The notes beneath the pieces are model-generated. The model was not told where the DNA came from. It saw only the letters and a list, made by a program, of their open reading frames with translations, and did no database searches. This document shows positions 34,674 through 41,800 of a DNA stretch of 41,800 nucleotides, piece after piece. The translations under genes and the position numbers were made by a program. Within the stretch, counting starts at the first letter, position 1. Each line of letters begins with the position of its first letter. The stretch comes from Desulfovibrio sp. (lineage in GTDB: Bacteria > Desulfobacterota > Desulfovibrionia > Desulfovibrionales > Desulfovibrionaceae), in NCBI GenBank assembly GCA_031275955.1, contig JAISNZ010000015.1, forward strand, positions 1-41,800, read 5' to 3'.

Positions 34674-35081
34674 ATGACGAAAGACAGCATTACCGCGCTC
34701 ATGGGAAAAGGGGCCGAATTTCAGGGCCAGTTGGCGTTCAAGGGTACGGTGCGCATTGACGGCCGTTTTCTTGGTTCCATTACCTCTGAAGGCAAACTTG
34801 TTCTGGGCAAGGACGCCTATGTGGAAGGCACCATCAGCGTGGGCGAGCTGGAAATGCACGGCACCCTGCAGGGAGACATTTCCGTCGCGCACCGGACGCT
34901 GCTCCACGAGTCCGCCCGGCTGACCGGGTCCCTGCACACGGCCCTTCTGGCCATGGAAGAGGGCGCCCTGCTGCAGGGCGACCTCAAGATGAGCAAGGAT
35001 CTGCAACTGTCCCCGGATGCCCGCGCCCTGGCCTCGGCCGAGCACCCGGTCCACTTTCCGGCCTCCTCGCTGGAACAATAA
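34674..35081 (+). CDS. Bactofilin (polymer-forming cytoskeletal protein)
   Basis: SD GAGGAG; MTKDSITALMGKGAEFQGQLAFKGTVRIDGRF, LVLGKDAYVEG, MEEGALLQG. Confidence 0.92.
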   Translation: MTKDSITALMGKGAEFQGQLAFKGTVRIDGRFLGSITSEGKLVLGKDAYVEGTISVGELEMHGTLQGDISVAHRTLLHESARLTGSLHTALLAMEEGALLQGDLKMSKDLQLSPDARALASAEHPVHFPASSLEQ

Positions 35082-35256
35082 AACCTGTTCCGCTTCGAGA
35101 ACCCTCATCGGGAAATTATGATGAAGAACATCGCTCCCGGGAAAGTTTTTCCCCGAGTGATCCCTTGACATTTTTCCCCTTCTGGGGGAGAAACGGCAAA
35201 ATACGTTGTTACTGGACGCAGAGTCCGTTGAACCATCGCCCCCGCAAGGAAGACCC

Positions 35257-35352
35257 ATGCTTCGATCCGCCACCCCCTCTTTCGCCGCTTTGATCTGGCG
35301 TGGTTTCTGGTGGCCCGGACCTTCCCGTGGTCCGCAGGGGGTTGTGCGGTAA
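35257..35352 (+). CDS. trpL: trp operon leader peptide MLRSATPSFAALIWRGFWWPGPSRGPQGVVR
   Basis: SD AAGGAAG; 31 codons with TGG at 35296, 35308 and 35311; upstream of terminator and trpE; perfect TTGACA at 35165. Confidence 0.85.
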   Translation: MLRSATPSFAALIWRGFWWPGPSRGPQGVVR

Positions 35353-35376
35353 TCCGTATTGTACAGAAACCTTCCG

Positions 35377-35407
35377 GGCCGCGGGCAACTGTCCGCGGCC
35401 TTTTTTT
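35377..35407 (+). terminator. trp attenuator terminator
   Basis: GGCCGCGGGC-AACT-GTCCGCGGCC followed by T7. Confidence 0.9.
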
Positions 35408-35529
35408 CGTGCTTTGCGCGCGCAAGGCCCTTCGGCCGCGTGGGGAGGCTTTGCCCCCGGAGGGATTCGGGGCGGCGCCCGAGGGAACAGCGCTTCTCCG
35501 GCACATACTCTAACCCTGACGAGAACGCC

Positions 35530-36987
35530 ATGAACATTCGCCTGGAACAAACCTGCATGTTACTGGAGAGCGATGTGGAAACCCCCATCAGCCTTTTCCT
35601 GCGCCAGATCGGGAAAGAGCAGGGCATCCTTCTGGAAAGCGCGGAAGTTGACGGACGATGGGGCCGGTACAGCGTCATCGCCGGCGATTTTCTCCTCTGC
35701 CTTCACTGCCGGAAGGGCAGACTGGACCTGGACGTCCGGGACCCGCGCCTGGAATCCCTGGCCGCTCTGGCGGGGCTGCCCTTTATCGAGGGCGTGCGGG
35801 CCGTCCTGCGGGCGCTGGAGATTGTTCCCCTGCCTCCGGAAGACAATGCCGTCTCCCTGGACAAGGAAGGAAAACCCCTCGTCTTTCCGCCCATCACCCG
35901 CGCCCTGTACGGGTATTTCGGCTACGGCGTCGCCGGGCTGCTGGAGCCGAAGCTGGCCGGGCCGCTGCCGCCGGAAAAGGCCGAGGCCTGCCTTGTCCTG
36001 CCGGGCAGCCTGACCCTGTTTGATCACAGCTACAACCGGGTCTGCCGCCTGTCCCTCGGAGAAAGACCAGCCGCTGACGCGGACGCCAGGGTCGATCCGG
36101 AACTGCTCCCCGCCGCCATCGGTCCCGTGCGCGTGAACATGGAACATGCCGCCTATCTGGAGATGGTCCGGGGTATTCAGGAGCGCATCCGCCAGGGCGA
36201 AGCCATTCAGGTGGTGCCCTCCGTGGGCTTCGACGCCCCCTTTCAGGGAGAACCATTTACCGTGTACCGGCGGCTCAGGCGCATCAACCCTTCCCCGTAC
36301 ATGTTCTTCATGCGCCTGCCGGACCTTGTCCTCATGGGTTCCTCGCCGGAGGTCATGGTGAGTTGCGATGCCGGCAACCTGCGGCTTTGCCCCATTGCCG
36401 GGACCAGGCCGCGGGGCGCCGGACAGATGGAGGACAATCTGTTTGAAGAGGAGCTGGTCCGCGACCCCAAGGAACAGGCGGAGCATGTGATGCTGGTGGA
36501 CCTTGGCCGCAACGATCTCGGCCGGGTGGCGGCTCCGGGAAGCGTCCGCCTGGACCGCTACATGGAGGTGGAACGGTTTTCCCACGTCATGCACCTGACC
36601 TCGTATATCCGGGCGGAACTCGCACCCGGATACGACGCTCTGGACATCCTGACCGCCACCTTCCCGGCGGGCACGGTCAGCGGCGCCCCCAAGATCCGGG
36701 CCATGGAAATCATCGCCGCCGAGGAACCCGCTCCCCGGGGGCCTTACGCCGGGGCCATCGGCTGGCTGGGTCTGGACAAGGACGGCGTATACATGGATAC
36801 CGGCATCGCCATCAGGAGTCTCTGGATGCGGGATGCCCGCGTTTTCTGGCAGGCTGGCGGCGGGGTGGTCTTTGATTCCTCGCCCGAAAACGAATGGAAA
36901 GAACTCAACTCCAAGGCGGGGGCCGTCCTGGACGCCATTGCCGGAGCGCACAGCCGGACGGGAGACAGCCATGTTTTTACTCATTGA
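35530..36987 (+). CDS. trpE: Anthranilate synthase component I
   Basis: ATG 35530; LLESA, NPSPYM, GSSPE, PIAGTRPRG, AEHVMLVDLGRND, FPAGTVSGAPK. Confidence 0.95.
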   Translation: MNIRLEQTCMLLESDVETPISLFLRQIGKEQGILLESAEVDGRWGRYSVIAGDFLLCLHCRKGRLDLDVRDPRLESLAALAGLPFIEGVRAVLRALEIVPLPPEDNAVSLDKEGKPLVFPPITRALYGYFGYGVAGLLEPKLAGPLPPEKAEACLVLPGSLTLFDHSYNRVCRLSLGERPAADADARVDPELLPAAIGPVRVNMEHAAYLEMVRGIQERIRQGEAIQVVPSVGFDAPFQGEPFTVYRRLRRINPSPYMFFMRLPDLVLMGSSPEVMVSCDAGNLRLCPIAGTRPRGAGQMEDNLFEEELVRDPKEQAEHVMLVDLGRNDLGRVAAPGSVRLDRYMEVERFSHVMHLTSYIRAELAPGYDALDILTATFPAGTVSGAPKIRAMEIIAAEEPAPRGPYAGAIGWLGLDKDGVYMDTGIAIRSLWMRDARVFWQAGGGVVFDSSPENEWKELNSKAGAVLDAIAGAHSRTGDSHVFTH

Positions 36988-38689
36988 CAACTACGACTCC
37001 TTTACCTTCAATCTCGTCCAGGCCTTTTACGGCCTGGGCCTCACCCCCCTTGTCGCCCGCAATGATGACCCCGCCCTCCTCGGCCAGGCCCAAAATCCCG
37101 CCCTGACAGGGGTCTGCATCGCTCCGGGTCCCGGACATCCCGACGATGCCGGGCTGTGCCTGGATTTTCTGGCCGCGCTCCCTCCTTCCGTTCCTGTCCT
37201 GGGGGTCTGCCTCGGCCACCAGATTCTGGGACGGTTTGCCGGAGCGCCGGTGGTTGTGGGACCCCGGATTGTGCACGGCAAGGCCTCCGATATCCTCCAC
37301 GACGGGCAGGGACTGTTTCAGGGCCTTCCCTGCCCCCTGCGGGCAGGGCGGTACCATTCCCTGCTGGTGCTGGCCGACAAGGCCGTCACCCCCCTGATCG
37401 TCACGGCCCGCACGGCTGAAGACGAGGTCATGGCTCTGGCCTTCCCGGATCGTCCCTGGGTGGGAGTGCAGTTTCATCCTGAATCCGTGCTGACTCCTGA
37501 CGGTATAAACCTGCTGGCCAACTTCGCCGCCGGTTGCGGCCAGGCCGCCCTGTCCGGGGAGCGTCCAGGGCCTTCCCCGGAAATCCCCGTCCGGGAAGGC
37601 GGAGAAAGCCCCACTCCCTACCCGCTCTCGACCATCATTGATACCCTGGCCAGAGGGGAAGACCTGCCGCCCCTCATGGCCAGGGCCGGTTTCTCGCGGC
37701 TCATGGACGGCGAAATGACCCCGGCCCAGGCCGGCGCCTTTCTCCTGGGCCTGAGGGCCAAGGGAGAAACCCCGGAGGAAATGAGCGAGGCCGTCAGCGC
37801 CATCCTGGATCGGGCCGTGCCGGTGAACATCCCGCCGGGCATACGGGTTCTTGATGTGGTGGGCACAGGAGGGGACGGCCGCTTTTCCTTCAACTGCTCC
37901 ACCGGCACGGCCCTGACCCTCGCGGCCCTGGGGCACCGTATCGTCAAGCACGGCAATCGTTCCGTCTCCTCCCAATGCGGCAGCGCGGACGTCCTGGAGG
38001 GACTTGGCTTCGATCTCGATCTCTCCCCGGAAGAGGTCCCGGCCAGGATAGAGGAAGACGGTTTCGTCTTCCTCTTCGCCCCGCGGTTTCATCCGGCCTT
38101 CCAGCACATTATGCCCATCCGCCGCGAACTGGGGGTGCGCACCCTTTTTAATCTCATGGGACCCCTGGTCAATCCCGCCCGGCCGGGCCTGTGCTTTCTG
38201 GGAGTGGCCCGGGCGGATCTTCTCCCTCTGGTGGCGGGCGCCCTCGCCCGCATGGGCGCCCGCTCGGGGGCCGTAATCCACGGGGCCGGCGGCTATGATG
38301 AGCTAACCACCCTGGGACCCGCGCAGGTGGCCTTTGTGCGCGGCGGACAGGTCACCCTTGCCGCCCTGGACCCCGCGGAATACGGCTTTTCCCCCTGCGA
38401 CCCGGAAGACCTCATGGTCCGGGGGCCGGAACAGGGCACGGCCGTCCTGCGGGAACTGCTGGACGGAAGAGGCAAGGAATCCATGCTTCAGATGCTGGCC
38501 CTGAACACGGGATTCGGCCTGCATCTCCTGCGGCCGGAACAGCCCCTCGCCGCCTGCATGGCCGAAGCGAAACAGGCGGTGGCTCAAGGAGCGGGCGGCG
38601 CCTATGTCCGTACCCTGCTGGAGCGGAACAGGGCGCGGAAAAAGACCAGCGAGGCCAGACAATCCGCCCGTCCCGGCGCGGCCGCCTGA
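36971..38689 (+). CDS. trpD: Fused anthranilate synthase component II / anthranilate phosphoribosyltransferase (TrpGD)
   Basis: MFLLIDNYDSFT, PGPG, GVCLGHQ, QFHPES, then DVVGTGGDG, KHGNRSVSS, RTLFNLMGPL, GYDE. Confidence 0.95.
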   Translation: MFLLIDNYDSFTFNLVQAFYGLGLTPLVARNDDPALLGQAQNPALTGVCIAPGPGHPDDAGLCLDFLAALPPSVPVLGVCLGHQILGRFAGAPVVVGPRIVHGKASDILHDGQGLFQGLPCPLRAGRYHSLLVLADKAVTPLIVTARTAEDEVMALAFPDRPWVGVQFHPESVLTPDGINLLANFAAGCGQAALSGERPGPSPEIPVREGGESPTPYPLSTIIDTLARGEDLPPLMARAGFSRLMDGEMTPAQAGAFLLGLRAKGETPEEMSEAVSAILDRAVPVNIPPGIRVLDVVGTGGDGRFSFNCSTGTALTLAALGHRIVKHGNRSVSSQCGSADVLEGLGFDLDLSPEEVPARIEEDGFVFLFAPRFHPAFQHIMPIRRELGVRTLFNLMGPLVNPARPGLCFLGVARADLLPLVAGALARMGARSGAVIHGAGGYDELTTLGPAQVAFVRGGQVTLAALDPAEYGFSPCDPEDLMVRGPEQGTAVLRELLDGRGKESMLQMLALNTGFGLHLLRPEQPLAACMAEAKQAVAQGAGGAYVRTLLERNRARKKTSEARQSARPGAAA

Positions 38690-38806
38690 TTGCCTTGCCA
38701 GCGCGGATCCGCCCCCGGATGTGATCCGGAAAGGAAAGCCGCGATCCGGCGGCAATCCCGCGGGCGCAAGGCGCTTCAGCCGGGCGGCGAAAAAGAGGAT
38801 TTCCGA

Positions 38807-39637
38807 GTGAAGACACGCAGCTCCTCGCCCCAAGGCCCCCTCATCCTGGAACGGTTTCGCAAGGCCCAACTGCCCGGCCTGGAAAGCCTCCGCCTCCGGG
38901 AAAAGGCCGGGCTTCTGCCGCCCCCCTATCCGGGTCCCCGCCCCCCCTTTGCCGCCCGGCTGCGGGAGAACGGACCCGGGGCCATTATCGCCGAATACAA
39001 GCGCGCCTCTCCTTCGGCCGGAAGCATCAACCTGGCGCATGGGCCGGAAGACATCGCCGCGGCCTACGCCGCGGCCGGGGCGGCCGCGCTCTCCGTGTTG
39101 ACGGAGGAGACCCACTTTAAGGGGCGACTGGACTACCTCGCCCGCATGGCAGGACCAGGCCTTCCCCTGCTGCGCAAAGATTTCCTGCTCCATCCCCTCC
39201 AGGTTGCGGAAACAGCGGCCACACCAGCTTCGGCCCTTCTGCTGATCGTGCGCATGCTTGGAGACGGCGAGCTGGACGCCCTGCTCCGGGCGGCAAAGGC
39301 CGCCGGACTGGAGGCGGTGCTCGAGATTTTTCAGCGGACGGATCTGGAACGGGCGCGCTCCGCCCTGGCCAAAGCCGCCGTATCTCCCGCCATCATCCAG
39401 GTCAACAACCGCGACTTGCAGACCCTGACCCTGGATGCCTCCCTTTCCCGGACCCTCATCCGCGACAGGCAATCCCGTGAGATCTGGATTTCCGCCAGCG
39501 GCATCAGCCGCAGGGAAGAAGTGGAGGATCGCCGGGAACTCGGTTTTGACGCGGTGCTGATCGGTTCCGCCCTGATGTCCGGAGCCGATCCCGGCGCGGC
39601 CCTGGCCGCCCTTTCCGGCAAAGGGGCCGCGGCATGA
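38807..39637 (+). CDS. trpC: Indole-3-glycerol-phosphate synthase
   Basis: Probable GTG start at 38807 (SD GAGGA); IAEYKRASPS, LSVLTE, LRKDF, VNNRDL, VLIGSALM. Confidence 0.92.
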   Translation: MKTRSSSPQGPLILERFRKAQLPGLESLRLREKAGLLPPPYPGPRPPFAARLRENGPGAIIAEYKRASPSAGSINLAHGPEDIAAAYAAAGAAALSVLTEETHFKGRLDYLARMAGPGLPLLRKDFLLHPLQVAETAATPASALLLIVRMLGDGELDALLRAAKAAGLEAVLEIFQRTDLERARSALAKAAVSPAIIQVNNRDLQTLTLDASLSRTLIRDRQSREIWISASGISRREEVEDRRELGFDAVLIGSALMSGADPGAALAALSGKGAAA

Positions 39638-40359
39638 GGGGAAAAATTCCGGATGCCGGCCTGCCGCTCAAGGTCTGCGGACTGACCAGGGAGGAGGACG
39701 TGCGGCTCTGCCTGGATCTGGGGGCGCGCTTCACCGGATTCATTTTCGCCCCCCGCAGTCCCCGCCGGATTCTCCCCGGGGACGCGGCGGCCATGCCTCG
39801 GGGGCCTGCCGCCCGGGTAGGGGTCTTTGCCGGCCAGGACGCGGCCGAGGTGATCCGGACCTTGAAGCAGGCCCGTCTGGATTACGCCCAACTGCACGGG
39901 GGCGAGGATGAGGATTTTTGCCGGGCCGTGGGACCGGAACGGATCATCAAAACCATCTGGCCGGAACGTCTGGGGCGGGACGGCGCCCTCTTCCGGCGGG
40001 AGGATCTGGAAGCCGAATGCGCCCGCTTCGCCCCGGTCTGCGCCTTTTTCCTTCTGGATGCCGGCCTGCAGGGCGGCGGCAGCGGCAGGCCCCTTGCCTG
40101 GGGAACCCTGGACGGCTTTGCCCCGCCCCGGCCCTGGATTCTGGCGGGAGGACTAGGCCCGGACAATCTGGCCCAGGCCCTGGCCGCCTGTTCTCCCTGG
40201 GCTGTGGACTGCAATTCCGGGGTTGAGAAAGCCCCGGGCCGGAAAGACGCGGGAAAACTTCTGGACGCGGCGGCCCTGCTGCGCGCGTCCCAAACCGGCC
40301 CGCGCCGGGGAGGTACGGATGAACCGGGGCTCCGCCCCGGACCCCGCCGGGGGGCATGA
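39634..40359 (+). CDS. trpF: Phosphoribosylanthranilate isomerase
   Basis: KVCGLTR, GFIF, QLHGGE, GGSG, LAGGLGPDN, DCNSGVE. Confidence 0.94.
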   Translation: MRGKIPDAGLPLKVCGLTREEDVRLCLDLGARFTGFIFAPRSPRRILPGDAAAMPRGPAARVGVFAGQDAAEVIRTLKQARLDYAQLHGGEDEDFCRAVGPERIIKTIWPERLGRDGALFRREDLEAECARFAPVCAFFLLDAGLQGGGSGRPLAWGTLDGFAPPRPWILAGGLGPDNLAQALAACSPWAVDCNSGVEKAPGRKDAGKLLDAAALLRASQTGPRRGGTDEPGLRPGPRRGA

Positions 40360-40375
40360 TGCCCCCCGGACCCCC
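40324..40375. repeat. REP-like element overlapping the trpF stop
   Basis: CCGGGGCTCCGCCCCGGACCCCG followed by CCGGGGGGCAT-G-ATGCCCCCCGG hairpin; same layout as 19361-19414. Confidence 0.7.
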
Positions 40376-40526
40376 TCATTTCGTCTCCCGCTGTAAACGG
40401 AGAAATTGTTCTTAGCCAAGTCGCTGCCGCTGGTGGTAATAGCTCTCACAAAATGGCCTCCCGCAAATCTTTCAGGGAGGGTGGGGTCCACCCGGCCCGT
40501 ATCCGCCGGATGGAGTCAGTCGGCTT

Positions 40527-40642
40527 ATGGAGCGGGCTGTGGGTGGATGGAGAAGGCTGTGGGTGGATGGAGCGGGCTGTGGGCGGATGGAGCGGGCTGT
40601 GGGCGGATGGAGCGGGCTGTGGGCGGATGGAGCGGGCTGTGG
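40527..40642. repeat. 20-bp tandem repeat (5 full units plus 16 bp)
   Basis: Unit ATGGAGCGGGCTGTGGG(C/T)GG; unit 2 has AA in place of CG. Confidence 0.95.
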
Positions 40643-40668
40643 CTTGAAACATTGCCAGAGGGGCGATC

Positions 40669-41622
40669 ATGCGTGACTTCAGAAAAATTGAAGCCTTCTG
40701 CAAGGTCTACGAGGAGGGCAGCTTCTCCAGGGCCGGGGAGGCCCTTTTCCTTTCCCAGCCCACGGTGAGCGCCCATGTCATCGCCCTGGAAAAGGAACTG
40801 GAGACCCGTCTCCTGGATCGCGTGGGGCGCACGGTCCTGCCCACCCCGGCGGGAGAAATCCTTTACCGCCACGCGGCGCGGGCCTTCGCCCTTCTGGATG
40901 AAGCCAGGGCGGAAATTGAAGCCCTTGCCGGCGAGGTCACGGGCGAAATGCTCCTCGGCGGCAACCCTGTGCCGATCCGCTGCCTGCTGCCCGGCGTCCT
41001 GGCCCGTTTTTCGCGCGAACACCCCAGGGTGCGCCTCGGCCTGACAATGGCCCCGGATGAAGACCTCTGTCGCATGGTCCTTAAGGGGGAACTCACAGCC
41101 GCTTTTGTCGGGGGGGAAACAGCGCGGGACCAGGACCTGGCCGCCCATCCCCTGCCGGAGGAAGAGATTCTCGTGATTGCCCCGGCCCGGATGGAGGGCT
41201 TGCCGGACGCCCCCGGCGGCGGCCTCCGGGACGGCCCGCTCGGCCTGGAGCAGGCCCTCGGCCTGCCCTGGATTCTCCCCCGGCTCCACTCCGCCACGCG
41301 GCGCGCCTTTGAACACGCCCTGCGTCTCGCCGGCTGCAGCCCGCGCCTGCTCAGGTCCCGGCTGGAAGTGGACGGCGCCTCCACCGCCATCCGGTATGTG
41401 GAAGCGGGACTCGGCCTGGGGCTGGCCCTGCGGCCGTGCGTGGAAGACGCCCTGGAACGCGGCGTCCTGCGCGCCTTTTCCCTGCAAGGAGTTCGCGCCA
41501 GCCGCCGCTATGCCTGCCTGTTCCATGCCCGCCGGGCGCTCTTCCCCGCCGCCGCCGCCTTCCTGGAGATCCTCCGGGAGGAGACCAGCCGCCGGGAATC
41601 CGCCCGAGCAGTCCGCGAATAA
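40669..41622 (+). CDS. LysR-family regulator (resembles the CysL / selenium-metabolism-associated subgroup)
   Basis: DFRKIEAFCKVYEEGSFSRAGEALFLSQPTVSAHV...LLDRVGR..PTPAGE, VEAGLGL; the subgroup call is from recall. Confidence 0.9.
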   Translation: MRDFRKIEAFCKVYEEGSFSRAGEALFLSQPTVSAHVIALEKELETRLLDRVGRTVLPTPAGEILYRHAARAFALLDEARAEIEALAGEVTGEMLLGGNPVPIRCLLPGVLARFSREHPRVRLGLTMAPDEDLCRMVLKGELTAAFVGGETARDQDLAAHPLPEEEILVIAPARMEGLPDAPGGGLRDGPLGLEQALGLPWILPRLHSATRRAFEHALRLAGCSPRLLRSRLEVDGASTAIRYVEAGLGLGLALRPCVEDALERGVLRAFSLQGVRASRRYACLFHARRALFPAAAAFLEILREETSRRESARAVRE

Positions 41623-41635
41623 TACCCCTTCGCGC

Positions 41636-41719
41636 TAAGCTGAACTTCCAGACTATTTTCGACGTAACTATCTTAATTAAACTGAACTTCCAGACTATTT
41701 TCGACGTAACTATCTTATT
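41636..41719. repeat. Tandem duplication of a 42-bp AT-rich unit with an identical 36-bp core
   Basis: CTGAACTTCCAGACTATTTTCGACGTAACTATCTTA at 41640-41675 and 41682-41717. Confidence 0.95.
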
Positions 41720-41800
41720 TTACATAGATTATAAATTTGAACATGTTCTGTTACTGGCTACAGCCGGTCTGGTTTTATGTGCAACAGTTCAAAGGCCTTC

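Noticed and set aside
40458-40480. AATCTTTCAGG resembling the end of a glycine riboswitch aptamer
   Set aside because: The upstream GGAGA/CCGAAG elements are not arranged correctly and the context is unrelated
40406-40768. ORFs crossing the 20-bp VNTR
   Set aside because: Repeat-derived low-complexity translations open in several frames
41640-41717. 36-bp direct repeats as a CRISPR array
   Set aside because: Only two copies 6 nt apart, no spacer-sized sequence and no cas genes in the window

Overview
GC-rich chromosomal window, inferred from gene content and order to come from a Desulfovibrionaceae-like deltaproteobacterium. Minus strand, in transcription order: a sigma54 activator and a large TPR protein, a small DUF1640-like ORF, alr, then a sigma54-driven flgI-flgJ-flgN-flgK-flgL-csrA-fliW cluster. 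This is followed by an unusual operon: Cys-rich NitT/TauT-type ABC transporter, cysK and an exported FGE-sulfatase-domain protein that the ORF track misses. The middle holds usp, purC, a PAS3-HK-REC-HPt hybrid kinase, a MATE pump and dnaE. The plus strand then carries mreBCD-mrdA-rodA, a bactofilin, trpE-trpGD-trpC-trpF (no trpBA) and a LysR regulator. Read directly from the sequence: a Trp-rich leader peptide with a complete attenuator, a probable ATT start for mreC, perfect 21-bp inverted repeats around 131 bp upstream of the bactofilin, a MITE-like element supplying the flgK stop, a REP-like family, a 20-bp VNTR before the LysR gene and a 42-bp duplication at the AT-rich right edge. I saw no rRNA, tRNA, CRISPR array or transposase. 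All assignments rest on motif reading; no database search was run.
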